From the NCBI RefSeq assembly GCF_009834535.1, contig NC_045696.1, positions 13,146,001-13,210,000 on the forward strand: 64,000 nt of DNA, written 5' to 3'. How positions within the stretch are numbered: the stretch's first letter is position 1; the number at the start of each line of letters is the position of its first letter. The position numbers and the translations under genes were made by a program. Shown in pieces: positions 26,381 through 39,465 of this stretch. The notes under the pieces were generated by a model that saw only the letters and a program-made list of their open reading frames with translations, ran no database searches and was not told the DNA's origin. The DNA is from Camelus ferus. Its lineage: Eukaryota.

Positions 26381-28588
26381 TCTCCAAAATGCAATGTTGA
26401 AGTTGAGAGCCACTGGGAAAAAAAACAGGGATAGTATGTCCTCTGTTGTGTTTTCTTATGTCACATGCTTTTGGCCCAATTAATAATAAAGCAACAGTGG
26501 GAATGTCTGCATTTGAAGATACTGCTATTGAGAAAATAGTCTTCCTTCTCTCAGCCCTGAATCATCCATCATGCTGGCTCCACATTCTGCTAATCTGAAA
26601 ATAAAACAATACAAAACAGCCGGTCTGGAGACAAAGCAGAGTGTGAAGGCACACACAATCAGATGGTAAAGAAGAGGTGAAACACATTCAGGCTGATTCG
26701 TACACTGGTAAATTTATAGTACCATTGCCGTCTGATTACAATGATTGACTTCCCAGAGAAACTGCTCTTGATAATAAAAGATCTCTAGCCCACTGAAAAG
26801 AAACAGAAGTCTCTGGGTCCTTATTATTTGGAAAACAATTTTTTTTTTTTTTTTGCCATGGCTGAGTCCTAGCATCAACAAAGAAAGAACTTACTCAGAG
26901 CTGTAAAAGGATTTAGAATTTCTTCCGCACTCCTTTCATTCTAAGATGGGGGTCACGTCTTTGAAGAATTGTCTACGAGTTGTCATGGGGTGGTTAGCAG
27001 CGTGTAAGAGCAGTTGCTACCATATATTGGGACCCAGATGTCATCAAAATTTGGTTTGGATGGATGAAGAAATAAGACTTGTACACAAAATATTGTGCTG
27101 ATGTTAGGCCAAAGATATCAATGAACAATTTAAAAATTTGGCTGCTGTGCAAAGGGCAGTCACCCTGCTGAGTGAGCAGTAGTGCATGAGGGCCAGGAAA
27201 TTAAGGCTTAACTGCACACCCCAAACTGTCCAAGCTATTTTATTGTTTAAGTGAAACGAAATACAAACACAAATAGCCAGAAGGGTGAAATTTAAATTAA
27301 ACTTCAAAATCACTTTGTGTTTTAGCCATCTATGGTGTTCTCAGCACTGCAAATTAGTCTACTTTCTTTGGAAGCCTAGAAAAATAATCCAGTACAGAAA
27401 GCTCCCCTGACTTTGTCTTCTTCCTTTACAGGCTGTGCACATGTTCACTTTGAAACAAAAGTTTGACCGAGATCCAAAGGAATGTGAGGTAACCACCTCG
27501 GAAGAGTTTCCAAGCCATGATGACTGTGGCCGGTGACGGCCGTCTCCAAGACGGGGTCTGGTTTGCAGCAAGATTTCAGGGCAAGATTGCTGTGCTTTCC
27601 CTTGTTAGGTGGCTGCACTGAGAATTGCCTGGCTAAACAGATATCTGCAAGGGAATCCTTAGGAATCTTCCTCACTGCTTTCTGGCTTTAAGCCTTAGGT
27701 AAATATTTTTGTAGACTCTTTTCTCCTTGGCATAGGTGTGGTACTGATGTCCAGGCGGGAGATGGATGTGAATGGGCAGGATGGTTCTCTGAACAGTTGA
27801 GCTTTTATCCTTTGAGAAAGAGATCACTCAGAAATTCTCCTCTATGGAGAGAGGTTGGGACCTACATTGGAGCCAAACAAGAGGCTCACTGGACTGGTAA
27901 TTCCATGCTTTCTCTCTGAGGCCAAGAACCCTTCTGTCTTCTGAAAGATTTGGGGTCATTTCCTGAAGAAAAATTCAATTTCTAAGTATCTGAAATTAAG
28001 GTAGTGAGCTAAATGTAAAATGCTGAATGGAATGAATAAAACATCTTTTTTTCCATGGGGGGATATAACCAGGTCATAAATGTCATGGGCTGTAAAGTAA
28101 AAATCTCCGTCTTTCTTCCCCTATAATCCATGCAAAACAAGTATTTCCCTGCAAAGATATCTATCATGTTTATTATAGAGATGTTTCTTTAAGAGGACTG
28201 ATGATATGTAAGAAAGATATTCATACAAAATTCTATACACAGGGTTTGAAGTATGAGAAAAAACAAAACAGAAAAAGAGAGACCAGTCAGCAGGTTTCAT
28301 GAACAGATGCTTGTGAAAGGGACCAGGGCTGCTTCAGTCTCTCCTGGGGAACACTGGGGTCCCTGGGAGGCCTCACACACCAGGCAGCAGTGCTAAGTCA
28401 CTTAGATAAAGCTTCTCCTTGGGCCAACAGAAATTTCTGTGTTTGAGCTAGGCTTTACATTTTTGCCTTGAAAGAATTCTCTATGTTTACTTCTTTTCAC
28501 TTAAAAGTGCTTACTCCTTAGGCTGAGGCAAAAAGAAAAAAAAAAGTTTATTAGCTGTCAGGAGACACAGGAAGAAGTTTCCCCATGA

Positions 28589-28850
28589 CTTGTGGCTGAG
28601 TGGTTTTAAAATCTGTCCATAATTGCTTTGATATTCCTCCCGTCATGAGATGGAGTCTGTGTCTGAACCCTTGGACATTGGCAGGCCCTCTGGCTGACTT
28701 GGTGAATGGGACAAAGTTATGCTGTGTGATTTCCAAGCCTAGGTTAGATAACGTCATGTGACTTCTGCGATTTCTCTTTGGGACAGCTGCTCTGGGAATC
28801 TTCAGCCACCATATTTACAGTCTGGCTATTCTGAGACAATGTGGAGAGAC
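28589..28850 (+). mobile_element. MLT1 (F/G-like) LTR, 5' half
   Basis: tttgatattcctcccgtcatgagatggagtctgtgtct...gctgtgtgatttccaagcctagg. Confidence 0.7.
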
Positions 28851-28851
28851 A

Positions 28852-29410
28852 TTGTGCAGTAAAGGACCAGGGTGTCTAAACTCTGCACACTCAAAAGAAA
28901 GGTTGGCCTTTGCTTAGCTCCTGGCAGGTGACCTCTAAGCCCTTGGAACATCTTTCTTGTTAAGACTGTCTTTGTTTACTGGGCCCTGGGCTATTCCAGA
29001 TAGTTAATGCTGATAATGTGATTTATGCTGGGGACCTTGGGCTGCAGCATTAGCTTGAACTTTGGAGAGTGAAGGTCAGCCATATGGATGGTCACCCAAA
29101 CCTACATGACTGACCCTTAATAAAAATCCTGGACACCATGGCTTAGATGAGCTTCCCTGGTTGGCAATACTTCGTGTATATTGCCAGACATCATTGCTGA
29201 AATTAAGTGTTGTCTACTTGACTCCACTGGGAGAGGACAACTGGAAGCTTGTCCCTAGTGACTTCTGGATTCTTTCCCGTACACTTTTTCCCACTGCTGA
29301 TTTTCATCTGTATCCTTTTGCTGTAATGTGCCATAACTATGGGTACAACAACTTTGATAAGCTCTTTTAGTGGATCCTACAGAATATAAAGGTTGGCCAT
29401 GCCCTCTGAA
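28852..29410 (+). mobile_element. MER21C-like LTR inserted into MLT1, apparently 3'-truncated
   Basis: ggttggcctttgcttagctcctggcaggtgacctctaagcccttggaa...gagcttccctggttggcaatact...actccactgggagaggacaactggaagct. Confidence 0.75.
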
Positions 29411-30788
29411 ATTGCTTGGTCCAGACATCTCCCAGGGAACTGATTTAAGCTCAATAATACATTTGGTAGATATGGAAACTGAGACTTGAAGACATTAGAT
29501 GACACTTTCAAACTCATACCAGTCATTGTCATCTCATAGGACTGTACTTGAACCTCTCCAGAAAGTCCTGTACAGCACTGTTCTGATGGGGCACTCATGG
29601 GTCTGTCATTTCATTTTGACACCGTGTTCACATGATTTGGCTAACAGGGAAGTCAAATATGTTTTCAGATTTTCAGCGTAGCTTTGAGGCCAGCATGTCC
29701 CCTTATTTTGCAGCTTTATGACGTCAGCAAGTATGACAGTCCTATGCTTTAACTGCCCTCATGGTCACGCAAGCCATTCACTGGTTCATGCATTTATTCA
29801 TTCACTCGTGTTTGTGACAAAGTACACTGCATATACTTTTTCTTAAAAGTACACCAGACTGTGTATCCCACTCTGGACACTGTGGCCACTCTTTTCACGT
29901 TTGTCTCTCTGCTGCTGACCCATCACAGGGTCTGCCCCACCGGGGATGAAAGTGATGTTTCTGACAGTTCTTGAAGGGCAGTTGTGACTCCACAAGGAAC
30001 ATTTCATATTCCACTTAAGAGGGCTTAGGGCTACTTTGGCTTGTAAGTGCCTCTGTTTGTCAGAGAAGAGGGAAGGTCTGTTGTTGGATGAAAAAAATGC
30101 ACAGGGGGGAATTTCAGAGGCTGGCAATTTTCTTCAACTCCCTTTTTCCCTTTGTATAACGTATATAGCCTCCCATATAAATTAGGAATCTAATCAGAAT
30201 GGTATGCTCCACTTAACTGGTACAGGTTTAATTGGGAAATCCGCTTAATCAGGACATCTCCCAGGGAACTGATTTAGGCCCGATGATACATAATGGCTAT
30301 GATTGCAGCTTAAAGGAGGTGGTAATTCTCTTTAATTGAGACACTTTCAGGTAATTTAGTGCTGCTTGAGACTAGGTGCGTGAGTGTGTCTGTGCCTGTG
30401 GCCTTTCTGATTCAGTTTGTTTCCCTCTGTAGTAAGGGGTGCAGGATTGACTCAGACAACAGCATCCATCAGTTCAGCACTGCCCCAGGTACTCATCCTT
30501 ATTCAAAAGAGAAAGGAGATCAGATTCCTTGGCAAAGAACTGCTGGGCTCCTTTCAGCAACTTGGAACTGGTACATCCGCTCATTTCAGGGTGCTGTTAT
30601 GGGCTGATTAGGATTTTATTTGTAAGTAGTTTCAGGGGGGTTTGAAGAAGAGATTTCCTTTCCACTCTTTGATTCTGATTCCTCCTTTGCTCCTGAGTAC
30701 CTTTCCTGCTGGGTCCTTATATGAAATTCCATATGTTAACATACTGTTTGTGAGGTTGAGCAAATTTTGAGGATAACTGATTACAGAA

Positions 30789-30957
30789 TGCAATGGACTA
30801 AATTGTATCCCCCCAAATTCATATGTTGAAGCCCTAACCCTCAATATGATACTATTTGGAGATGGAGCCTTTAGGAGGTTATTAGGTTTAGATAAGATCA
30901 TGAGGGTGGAGCCCTCATAATGCAAGTAGTGACCTATATAAGAAAAGACAGCAGGAG
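30789..30957 (+). mobile_element. MLT1A-like LTR, 5' half
   Basis: tgcaatggactaaattgtatccccccaaattcatatgttgaagccctaaccc...gagggtggagccctcataat. Confidence 0.85.
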
Positions 30958-33900
30958 TGACATCATCACTCATTTTTGATGTCGAGAAGACATAGCTTGT
31001 TTTTGCCTCTCCTACAACAATAATTCAGAATCCATTAATAGACAAAATTGCCTCTGTGGGAGCTGTGGGATCAGAACCATATGGCAAAGAATCCAGGAAG
31101 AGTCTCACCCACCCACGTGTCTGGCAATAGCCATTCAGACCTTGGTCCCTGCTGAGGATCCTAGTGGCCCCGGAGCTGGCTCCAGCCCCTCTTGACTGTG
31201 GTCCAGAAACCCATGAAAACATTGTTTTCGACAATCATTCATGAGTGAGAGAGACTTTATTGAAGTCCAAGTTTCAAGAGAAGTTCTAGCACACTATTGG
31301 AGCAAAAAAAAAAAAAAATTACAAGTTTGGATGCATTGGAGAGAGCAGTTAGTAAAGACTGGAAGAGGTAACTGCTACATCAAATGTGAAGACAAAAATG
31401 CAAAATTTCAAGGAACATGAGAAATCAGGGGTACAAGTTACCACCAATAATCATAATAATCTTTCAGTAACTGATATGAAAGGCATGGAGATCTTTGACT
31501 TACCTGATAAAGAATTCAAAAATAGCTGTTTTAAGGGAATTCAATGAGCTACAACATAGAGAGACAGTTCAGCAAAATCAGGAAACAACACACAAACAAG
31601 ATGAGAAGTTTAACAAAGAAGTAGAAATTAAAAAAAAAAGGAACCAAATAGAAATTCTGGATCTAAAGAATACAATAAATGAAATGAAAAATGTGATAGA
31701 GAGCATCTATAGCAGAACAGATCAAGCAGATGAAAAAACTTGTGAAGTAGAAGTCAGGACTTTTGAAATTATCCATTAAGAAGAGGAAATGGGAAAAGAA
31801 AAGAATGAAAAAGAGTGAAGAAAACCTCCAGGATTTCATCAATTCACAAAGGAAGGCAATAAGAGAGGAAAAAAGAAACAAAGAAAATATAAAACAGCCA
31901 GAGAATGATACATGGCATTAGTAAGTCCTTATCTATCAATAATTACTCTAGATGAAAAAAACAAAACAAAACAAGACAAAATAAAATCCAACTATATGCT
32001 GCCTACTAGAGACTTACTTCAGGTTTAGGGACACACATAGGCCTAAAGTGGAGGGATAGAAAAAGATATGCTCTGCAAATGGAAACCAAAAGAGAGCAGG
32101 AGAAGCTATACTTATATAGACAAAATAGACTTTATAGCCCAAAATGGTTAAAAAAAGGCAAAGAAAGTTGTTGTATAATGATAAAGATACAAGAATCATA
32201 AATATACACACACTTCATGTTGGAGCACCTAAATATCCCTGATGAATATAAATGTAAATATCACAACAAAATACTAGCAAACTGAATCAAATAGTACATT
32301 AAAAGGATCATACACCATCATCAAGTGGGATATATCTCTGGGATGCAAAGATGGTTCACCATAGGAAAATCAATAAATGTGATAACCACATTAATAATAT
32401 GAAAGATAAAATCATATTATCATCTCAATAGATGCAAAAAAAGCATTTGACAAAATATAACATCTTTTCATGATAAAATCTCAACACATTGGGTATAATG
32501 GGAACATACTTCAAAATAATATAGAATATATATGACTAGCCCACAGCTAACATCATACTCAATGGTGAAATGTTGAAAGCTTTTCCTCTAAGATCAAAGA
32601 CAACATGAGTTCCACTTTCATCACTTCTATTCAATGTAGTACTAGAAGTCTTAGCTGGAAAAATCAGGCAAGAAAAAAAAAAGACATCCAAATCAGAAAG
32701 GAATAAGTGAAATTGTCTTTGTTTGCAAATGATCTAATTTTATATATGGAAAAGCTTAAAGACTCCTCCCCAAACTATTAAAAACTAATCAATAAATTCA
32801 GTAATGTTGTAGGATACAAAATCAATGCAGACAAGAAATCTGTTGTATTTATATACACTAACTATGAAATACATGAAAATGAAGTAAAGAAAACAAAATC
32901 CAACTTACAATAGCATCAAAAACAGTAAAATATCTAGGAATTAAATTTCATAACAAGGGTGTGAAAGATATGTACACGGAAAATTGTAAGACTTTGATAA
33001 AATAAACTGAAGAAAACACCAATAAATGGAAATATATTCCATGTTCATGGGTCAGAAGAATTAATGTTGGTTAAGTGTCCATACTTCTGTTTATAGACTT
33101 AATGAAATGCCTATCAAAATTCCAATGGTATTTTTCACAGAAATAGAAAAATAGTCCTAAAATTTGTATGGAATCACAAAAACTCTGGTAGCCAAAGCAA
33201 TCCTAAGAAAAGACAACAAAGCTGGGGCTATCACATTTCCTGACTCCAAACGATACTATAAAGCTATCATAATCAAAACAGTATTGTATTAACATAAAAT
33301 AAGTCACATAGACTAATGGAAAGAATCTAGGGCTCAGAGATAAACCCTAAATATATGACCAACAAATACTTGGCAAAGGAGCCAAGAATACTAACACAGG
33401 GAAAAGACAGTTGATTCATTAAATAGTGATAGAAAAACCAAATAACCACATGTAGAAGAATGGAATTGGACCTCTACTTTATACAACTCACGCAATGAAC
33501 TCAAAATGAATTAACTTAAACATAAAACCTGAAATCACAAAACTAGAAGAAAATGGGGGGAGGGGGAAACTATTTGACCTTGGTCTTGGCAATGATTTTT
33601 AGATATGACATGAAAAGCAAAAGCAAAAAAAAAAAAAAAAAAAAAAAGTTGTACTACATCAAATTAAAAAGCTCCTGCACAGTAAAAGAAACAATCAACA
33701 AAATGAAAAGGCAACCTATGGAGTGGGAGAAAATGGGGTTATATTCAAAATATATAAATAGCATATATAACTCAATATCAAAAAAGTCAAATAATCTGAT
33801 TAAAAAAATGAACAGAAGTACTGAATAGATTTTTTTTCAAAGAAGACATGCAAATGGCCCACAAGTACATCAACATCACTAATCATCAGGGAAATGCAAA

Positions 33901-34767
33901 TCAAAACCACAGTGAGATGTCACCTCACACCTGATGATGGCTGTCATCAATGAGACAAGTATAGGTGAGAATGTGGAGGAAAGGAAAACTTGTGTATTTT
34001 CATGGAAATGTAAATTGATACAGCCACTGTGGAAAATGGTATGGAGTTTCCTCAAAAAATTAAAGGTAGAATTATCATATGATCTAGCAATTCCACTTCT
34101 GGGTATTTTTCCAAAGGAAATGAAATCAGAATCTCACAGAGGTATCTGCACTCCCATGTTCATCACAGCATTATTCACAATAGACAATATATAGCAAAAA
34201 CGCCTAAGTGTCTGTCTACAGATGAATAAAGGAGATACAGTATATATACAATGGAATATTATTCAGCCATGAGAAAGGAAACCCTGTTGTTTGCAACAAT
34301 ATGGATGGACCTTGAGAGTATTATGCTAAGTGAACTAAGTCAGACAGAGAAAGAAAAATACTGCACAGTATCACTTATATGTGGAATCTAAGAAGACTAA
34401 ACTCACAGAAATATAGAATAGAATGGGAGTTACTGCGGTCTGCAAGCGGAGGAGATGGGAAGATGTTGGTCAGTTGGTACAAACTTTCAGCTATAAGATG
34501 AATATGTTTTGGGGATCTAATGTACAGCAAGGTGATTATAGTTAACAAATATTGTATTGTATATTTGAAAGTTACTAAGAGAGTAGATCTTAAATATTCT
34601 CACCACAAAAAAAAGGTAATTATGTGAGTGATGGAGGTGTTAGCTAATGCTACCATGGTAATCATTTCCAAATATATAAGTGTATTAGATCAACAGGTTG
34701 TACATCTTAAACACACACAATGTTAAATGTCAAATTACAGCTCAATAACGCTGGGGATAAAAAAAGA
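30958..34767 (+). mobile_element. Inactive L1 (L1MA9-like 3' end) spanning 5'UTR to polyA with large internal deletions
   Basis: ORF1p coiled-coil remnant (31495-31779 KFNKEVEI..NQIEILDLKNTINEMKN); EN remnant ~31912-32235; frameshifted RT remnants (gatgcaaaaaaagcatttgacaaaat); ORF2p C-terminus WKCKLIQPLWK..DLAIPLLGIFP (33934-34194); L1MA-type 3'UTR. Confidence 0.95.
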
Positions 34768-34769
34768 AA

Positions 34770-34935
34770 TAGCAGGAAGTTTGCTCTCTCTCTGTCTCTC
34801 TGACCATCTGAGGTCCCAGTGAGAAAGTAGCCATCTGCAAGCTAGAAGCAGAGCCCTTACTAGAACCCAACAATACTGGGCCCGGATCTTGACTTTCAGC
34901 CTCAAGAACTGTGAGAAATAAATGTCTGTTGTTAC
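34770..34935 (+). mobile_element. MLT1A-like LTR, 3' half
   Basis: gagaaagtagccatctgcaagc...atcttgactttcagcctcaagaactgtgagaaataaatgtctgttgtt continues the element at 30789-30957. Confidence 0.85.
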
Positions 34936-35089
34936 ACATTACACTTGTCAATATTGGTCTGTGCATGAAACTCTCTAAATTTGTTAATTTACTTATCCAG
35001 TCACACATTTATTTATTCCCTTTTATCCCATATGCACTCTCTTCTTCTCTCTCTTCCTTGACAGCCTCACATTATAACACGTTTAGTGC

Positions 35090-35305
35090 ATAAGGCTCCT
35101 GATTCATAAACAGCCATCTTATATGGTGGAAGGGGTGCCGGAGTTCTCTGGAATCTCTCTTTAAGGGCACTGATCCCATTCAGGAGGGGCCTGCCCTCAT
35201 GACCCAGTTACCTCTCCAAAGCCCCACCTTTAAGTGCTATTGCACTGGGGATTAAGTTTCCACACATGAATTTAGGGGAGACACATGCATTCAGTCTTAC
35301 TGCAT
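35090..35305 (-). mobile_element. MaLR LTR fragment (MLT1A/MST-like)
   Basis: taagggcactgatcccattcaggaggggcctgccctcatgacccagttacctc...catgaatttagggggagacac. Confidence 0.8.
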
Positions 35306-35339
35306 ACTCAATGGTGTGTATTTATCAGATTTTATCTAC

Positions 35340-35790
35340 TGTATTAGTAAAGTTAACACTACATTTGGAACCCGTACACCCTTCAAATTTCAAGGGCTTA
35401 ACAAAACATCAGATTTAGCTAATGAAGTTGAAACTAAATTAAGAGTTCAAAGTAGGTGCTCCTAGGTATAGAGTTTTCCTCCAAGGGATGATTCAGGGAC
35501 CCAGGATCCTTCCATCTTGTAGCTCCACGGTCTTCTACACATAGAGCCCATCCTGCTCTAGAGATTTTCTCCATTCAAGCCAGGCAGCTGGAGGAAGGAG
35601 CAGGGAGGGTTGCACTGGGGAGGTTTCTATGGCCGGGTCTGCAAGTAGTCTATTGGATTCTAGCCAAATGTTCCTTTGTCTGGAATTCAACCATGTATTT
35701 TCACCTAATCTCAAGGGGATGCTAAGCTGTGTGCTTCTTTTCTCCAGGAAGAGAAAGGAAAAAGGCTTGGTGATAAGCCAGCAGTTTCCA
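35340..35790 (-). mobile_element. Old MLT1 LTR
   Basis: gattcagggacccaggatccttccatcttgtagctccac...ctattggattctagcc. Confidence 0.6.
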
Positions 35791-35849
35791 TGTACAGCCT
35801 TCATCAGGGATTGGCAGCCAATTGCATTAGTTCCCTGCCACCAAAAATA

Positions 35850-37545
35850 ACGCTGCAGTCAACATCTCCCGTTTTATACTCTGTAGAACTGTGTGAAGAT
35901 GTTTTTGGTTCATAAGCCCAGGGGTGGAATTGCTTGGTGATAGGACATGCACTTTCTCTTTCTGACTAAGTAGTGTCCATTTACACTCTGACCAGCAACA
36001 CCAGCCTGCTCTCACCAGCAGTGTGTAAGGATGCTTTCATCTCCATCTACACTTCTTGCTTCAGCTTTTTTTTTTTTTTTGGTAGACTAATATGTATACA
36101 GAAATATATCACCGTAGTTTTAATTTTTATGTTTCTAATGGCTAGTGATTTTGGACAACTTTTCATATTCTGGTTAACCCTTGGGTTTCCACCTCTGTAA
36201 ATTGCCAAGCTGTATTCTTTGCTCATATTTTTTCCCAGTGTGGTTCTTGTTTTCTTCTTGGTTTGAAGAATATTTTTGAAATAAAATTTGTCTATTTATT
36301 CCCTTTTTAAAAAATGTTTATTAAGGAGTCTTTCCTGCCTCCAAGCTCACACCTTTCACAGTTAGAGTCCACCCTTCAGGTGTTGCTGTGCAGGGATTCA
36401 CTTTTATTTTCTCCGTAATGAATGGTTTTCGACTACATCATCTATTGAACAATCTGTCCTTGATCCTTACCCATTCATTTATGGTTCCAGTTTTACCATA
36501 TATTAACTTCCAAATAATGTCTATCTTTCTCTGAGTTCTGTTTTGCTGTCTTAGTCATTTGCCTGTTTTTGTGCCAATACCATCCTAGTTTATCTTACCG
36601 TGACTTTGAGGCACATCAATAGCAAGTACATTGAGTTTCCTCTTTCGTCTTCTTTTAACAGGTTGACTTAGCTGCATGTGGGCTTTTATTCTTCTATGTA
36701 AATATTGGTCTCTGTCTATTCAATTCTTCAAAGAAATCTATTTTCGATTGGGATGCTATTATATTTGTAGATTAAATTGGGGCCCATGAACAGGTTTATA
36801 ATGTTGTCTTTCTACTTAGGAGCCTGCACTCACTCTCCATAAAACTCACCTTCTATGCCTCTATTAGCATTTAAACATTTTATCTATTGTGTTCTTGTAC
36901 ATTTTTGGTTGACTTAGTTTCAAGAAATAATTTATAATTTTATTGTTGTTATGAATAAATCCTATTTGTACACATGTCCTAAGTAGTTATCATTGGTATA
37001 GAGTCATACTATTGATTTTTGTAGTTTGGCCACATATCTGGCTGTCATGATAAACTCACTCTAATTACTTTAATAGTTTGTCTGTTGAGATTGATGATTT
37101 TTCTAGGTCGATGATTACGACATTTACAAATAATATTTTATCTCTTTCCATAATATTTATATAAGCTTTCTCTCTCTTTTTCTATGATTTCTGTTGTCTG
37201 ATACTAGATTAAATAGTAACTTTATTAGTTAATATCATTGTTTTGTTCTCATTTTTACAGGAAATACACCTAAAGTTTCTCACTGAGCATAATGTTTGAT
37301 GTCTTTAGTTTTGGTATTTAATCTTTATTAAACGTAGAGTTCCTTCTATTTTTCTCACATAAGAGATTTTTTAAAAATATCATAATAAAATAGAATCTTA
37401 TTGAAAGTTTTTATTTTGCATTACTTGAGATGACATATCTCCTTTTTAAAACTAGTCTATCAGTGTGGTAAGTTAGATTGATTTACTTTACATTTGAAAA
37501 CTCCTTGCATTCCTTAGATAAACCCAGCTTGTTCATGATATATTA
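35850..37545 (-). mobile_element. Ancient L1M (L1ME-like) ORF2 remnant
   Basis: T-rich antisense L1 motifs: ggggtggaattgcttggtgatagg; ttacactctgaccagca; ccttgcattccttagataaacccagcttgttcatgata. Confidence 0.8.
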
Positions 37546-38429
37546 TGAACTTCAAAGATAAAACAAGTGTTATTGCTTATGGATGCAGGACTACTGAAAA
37601 TCAAGCCTATAAAAAGAAGGCCTCAGTTAATCTCAATCTTTTGTCTTACCCTCCCTCTCTCTCCATAACAAAGTTATGTTTTTCTTTCCCAGCACTTACA
37701 TAAATTGTTTTTGCCATTTAGAAACATTTTAAGACACGGCTCAGTTAAAAAAAAGTTACTTTATTTTTTTATTCTTGAATATCAGAAATTTTGGAAAATA
37801 GAAATAGGGAGAGAAATAATCATTTAAACTACTGTCCTCCAGAAATAACCTCTCCTGACATTTCAACTCAGGTAACTACAGCCTGGGATGCTTTTCCAGA
37901 AGAACTACATCCAGACAGCAGGACGACTGAGTAGGGAAAACCTGCCAGACCCCAATCCTCACTGCATCCGTGAGCACTACAGGGAAGGGGCTGTTTGCTG
38001 ACATCCTGCAGAAGCTGTGGGTGTTACTTCTGTGTTGACTGCATGATGTAAGCACTGAGCAATCCTTCCAGTTACGGTGCCAAGTGGACAGAGGGGGTTT
38101 GGACTCAACTTCAAGTCATATCTCTCTCAAGCACATTAGTAGGGAATAAACGAGACATGGACAAGCTGGTGAGACCTGGAGTGAGCTGGGTCTCTGGAGT
38201 GGGCATTGAAACTAGGCCCAGAATATCTTGAAATGTCTGCTAAAGATGCAAACTACTACAAAATCTTTTCTGCTGTCTGGCTGTGTGCTTCACCCAGCTC
38301 TATTAAGACATGTTGGATAGCGTTCACTTCCTTTTGTTTTCTCAAGGACATGCAATACTTCTCTGGTCTGCACATGGACTCCATCTTTTCTTCTGGATAA
38401 GTTTGCATCTGGTCTTAGCTTTAATTTGA

Positions 38430-38900
38430 ATTCACAAAGCTTGTGCTGGTTGTTCTCCATTATCCCTGTAGGTCTATTCTGTATAGGTTTGCTCTGCTCT
38501 GTGTACTAGAAGGAGGCTTGCCTTTCAGACTGTCACTCACCTCAGACTCTCGGGCCATGTGACTTCTAGTTGGGCTTGTCCAAAGGGAGGCCATGTCGCA
38601 TAACATTCCATAACACCCCACCCCATCACAGTGGTCTATGGTGTCAAAAGAGGCTGTGTTCTTTTACCTACAGCCACAGCTCCTATTAGGGGTTTCTGTT
38701 CTATGGCTGAAGGGCTCATTGGGTTATGGTAACATCATTCATTCCCAACACCCTTTCTGGCTTAAGGATGACAATGCCAACCCTATTGGTTCTTCTCATT
38801 CTTGCCCTCATCTCCATAAACAGTCCCTTCAGTAAAACCCCTTTCATTGATTCCTTGAATGTGCCATTTGTTTCACACTCAGACCCTGCCTGAGACACTT
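38430..38900 (+). mobile_element. ERVL LTR33/LTR16-like remnant
   Basis: 3' end ataaacagtcccttcagtaaaacc...ttgaatgtgccatttgtttc...gaccctgcctgagaca. Confidence 0.55.
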
Positions 38901-39264
38901 GTTGAATGGCCCAGCCATATCTCACGGACTCATAGAGTCTGGAGTTTGGAGGACACTATAGGCTTAGAACAAAACCTTCCTGTTCTTTGGAGCCAGGTCA
39001 CAGCCTGTTTGGCTTTGATGTGCCTCAGAAGTGAATGTTGCAATTTAAAGATGACCAGTAACACGAGGAGCCCCTGTGTGAGCTTGCAGCAGCACCACTC
39101 TGTGATTCCGGGGTCTGCAGGTCCTTTAGCCACTGAACACTGCAGTTTGACTTTGAGCTGGCCATGGAACTACATGGTTGCCCATTTTCTTTGGAATGAT
39201 TTTGTTTTGAAACCAGGTAGTGACTCCCTAGTAGAGTTTCACGCTCTTCATCTGAACTTCAGAC

Positions 39265-39465
39265 TTTAATAATAATAAAACGGCAATAACAATACTTTGT
39301 GTCAGGCATGATGTACAGACTCTTAACAGTCTCAGTGCTGATATGAGGACACCGAGGTCCAAAGAGAAGTGAAGTAATTTACTCAAGTTCACACAGTAGT
39401 AGTAAGTGACCCAGCAGAGACTCAGCCCAGGTCAACCTAACCCCAGATCCTGAGCCTTGAACATA
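39265..39465 (-). mobile_element. MIR SINE
   Basis: gatatgaggacaccgaggtccaaagagaagtgaagtaatttactcaagttcacacag. Confidence 0.75.

Noticed and set aside
29501..29510. GACACTTTCA shared with 30340-30349 as an extension of the local duplication
   Set aside because: The upstream copy falls in a MIR-like segment, spacing differs by 10 bp, and the intervening sequence does not align.
31495..34194. ORFs resembling L1 ORF1p and ORF2p as functional genes
   Set aside because: They are short remnants separated by stops, frameshifts and deletions; the element is inactive.
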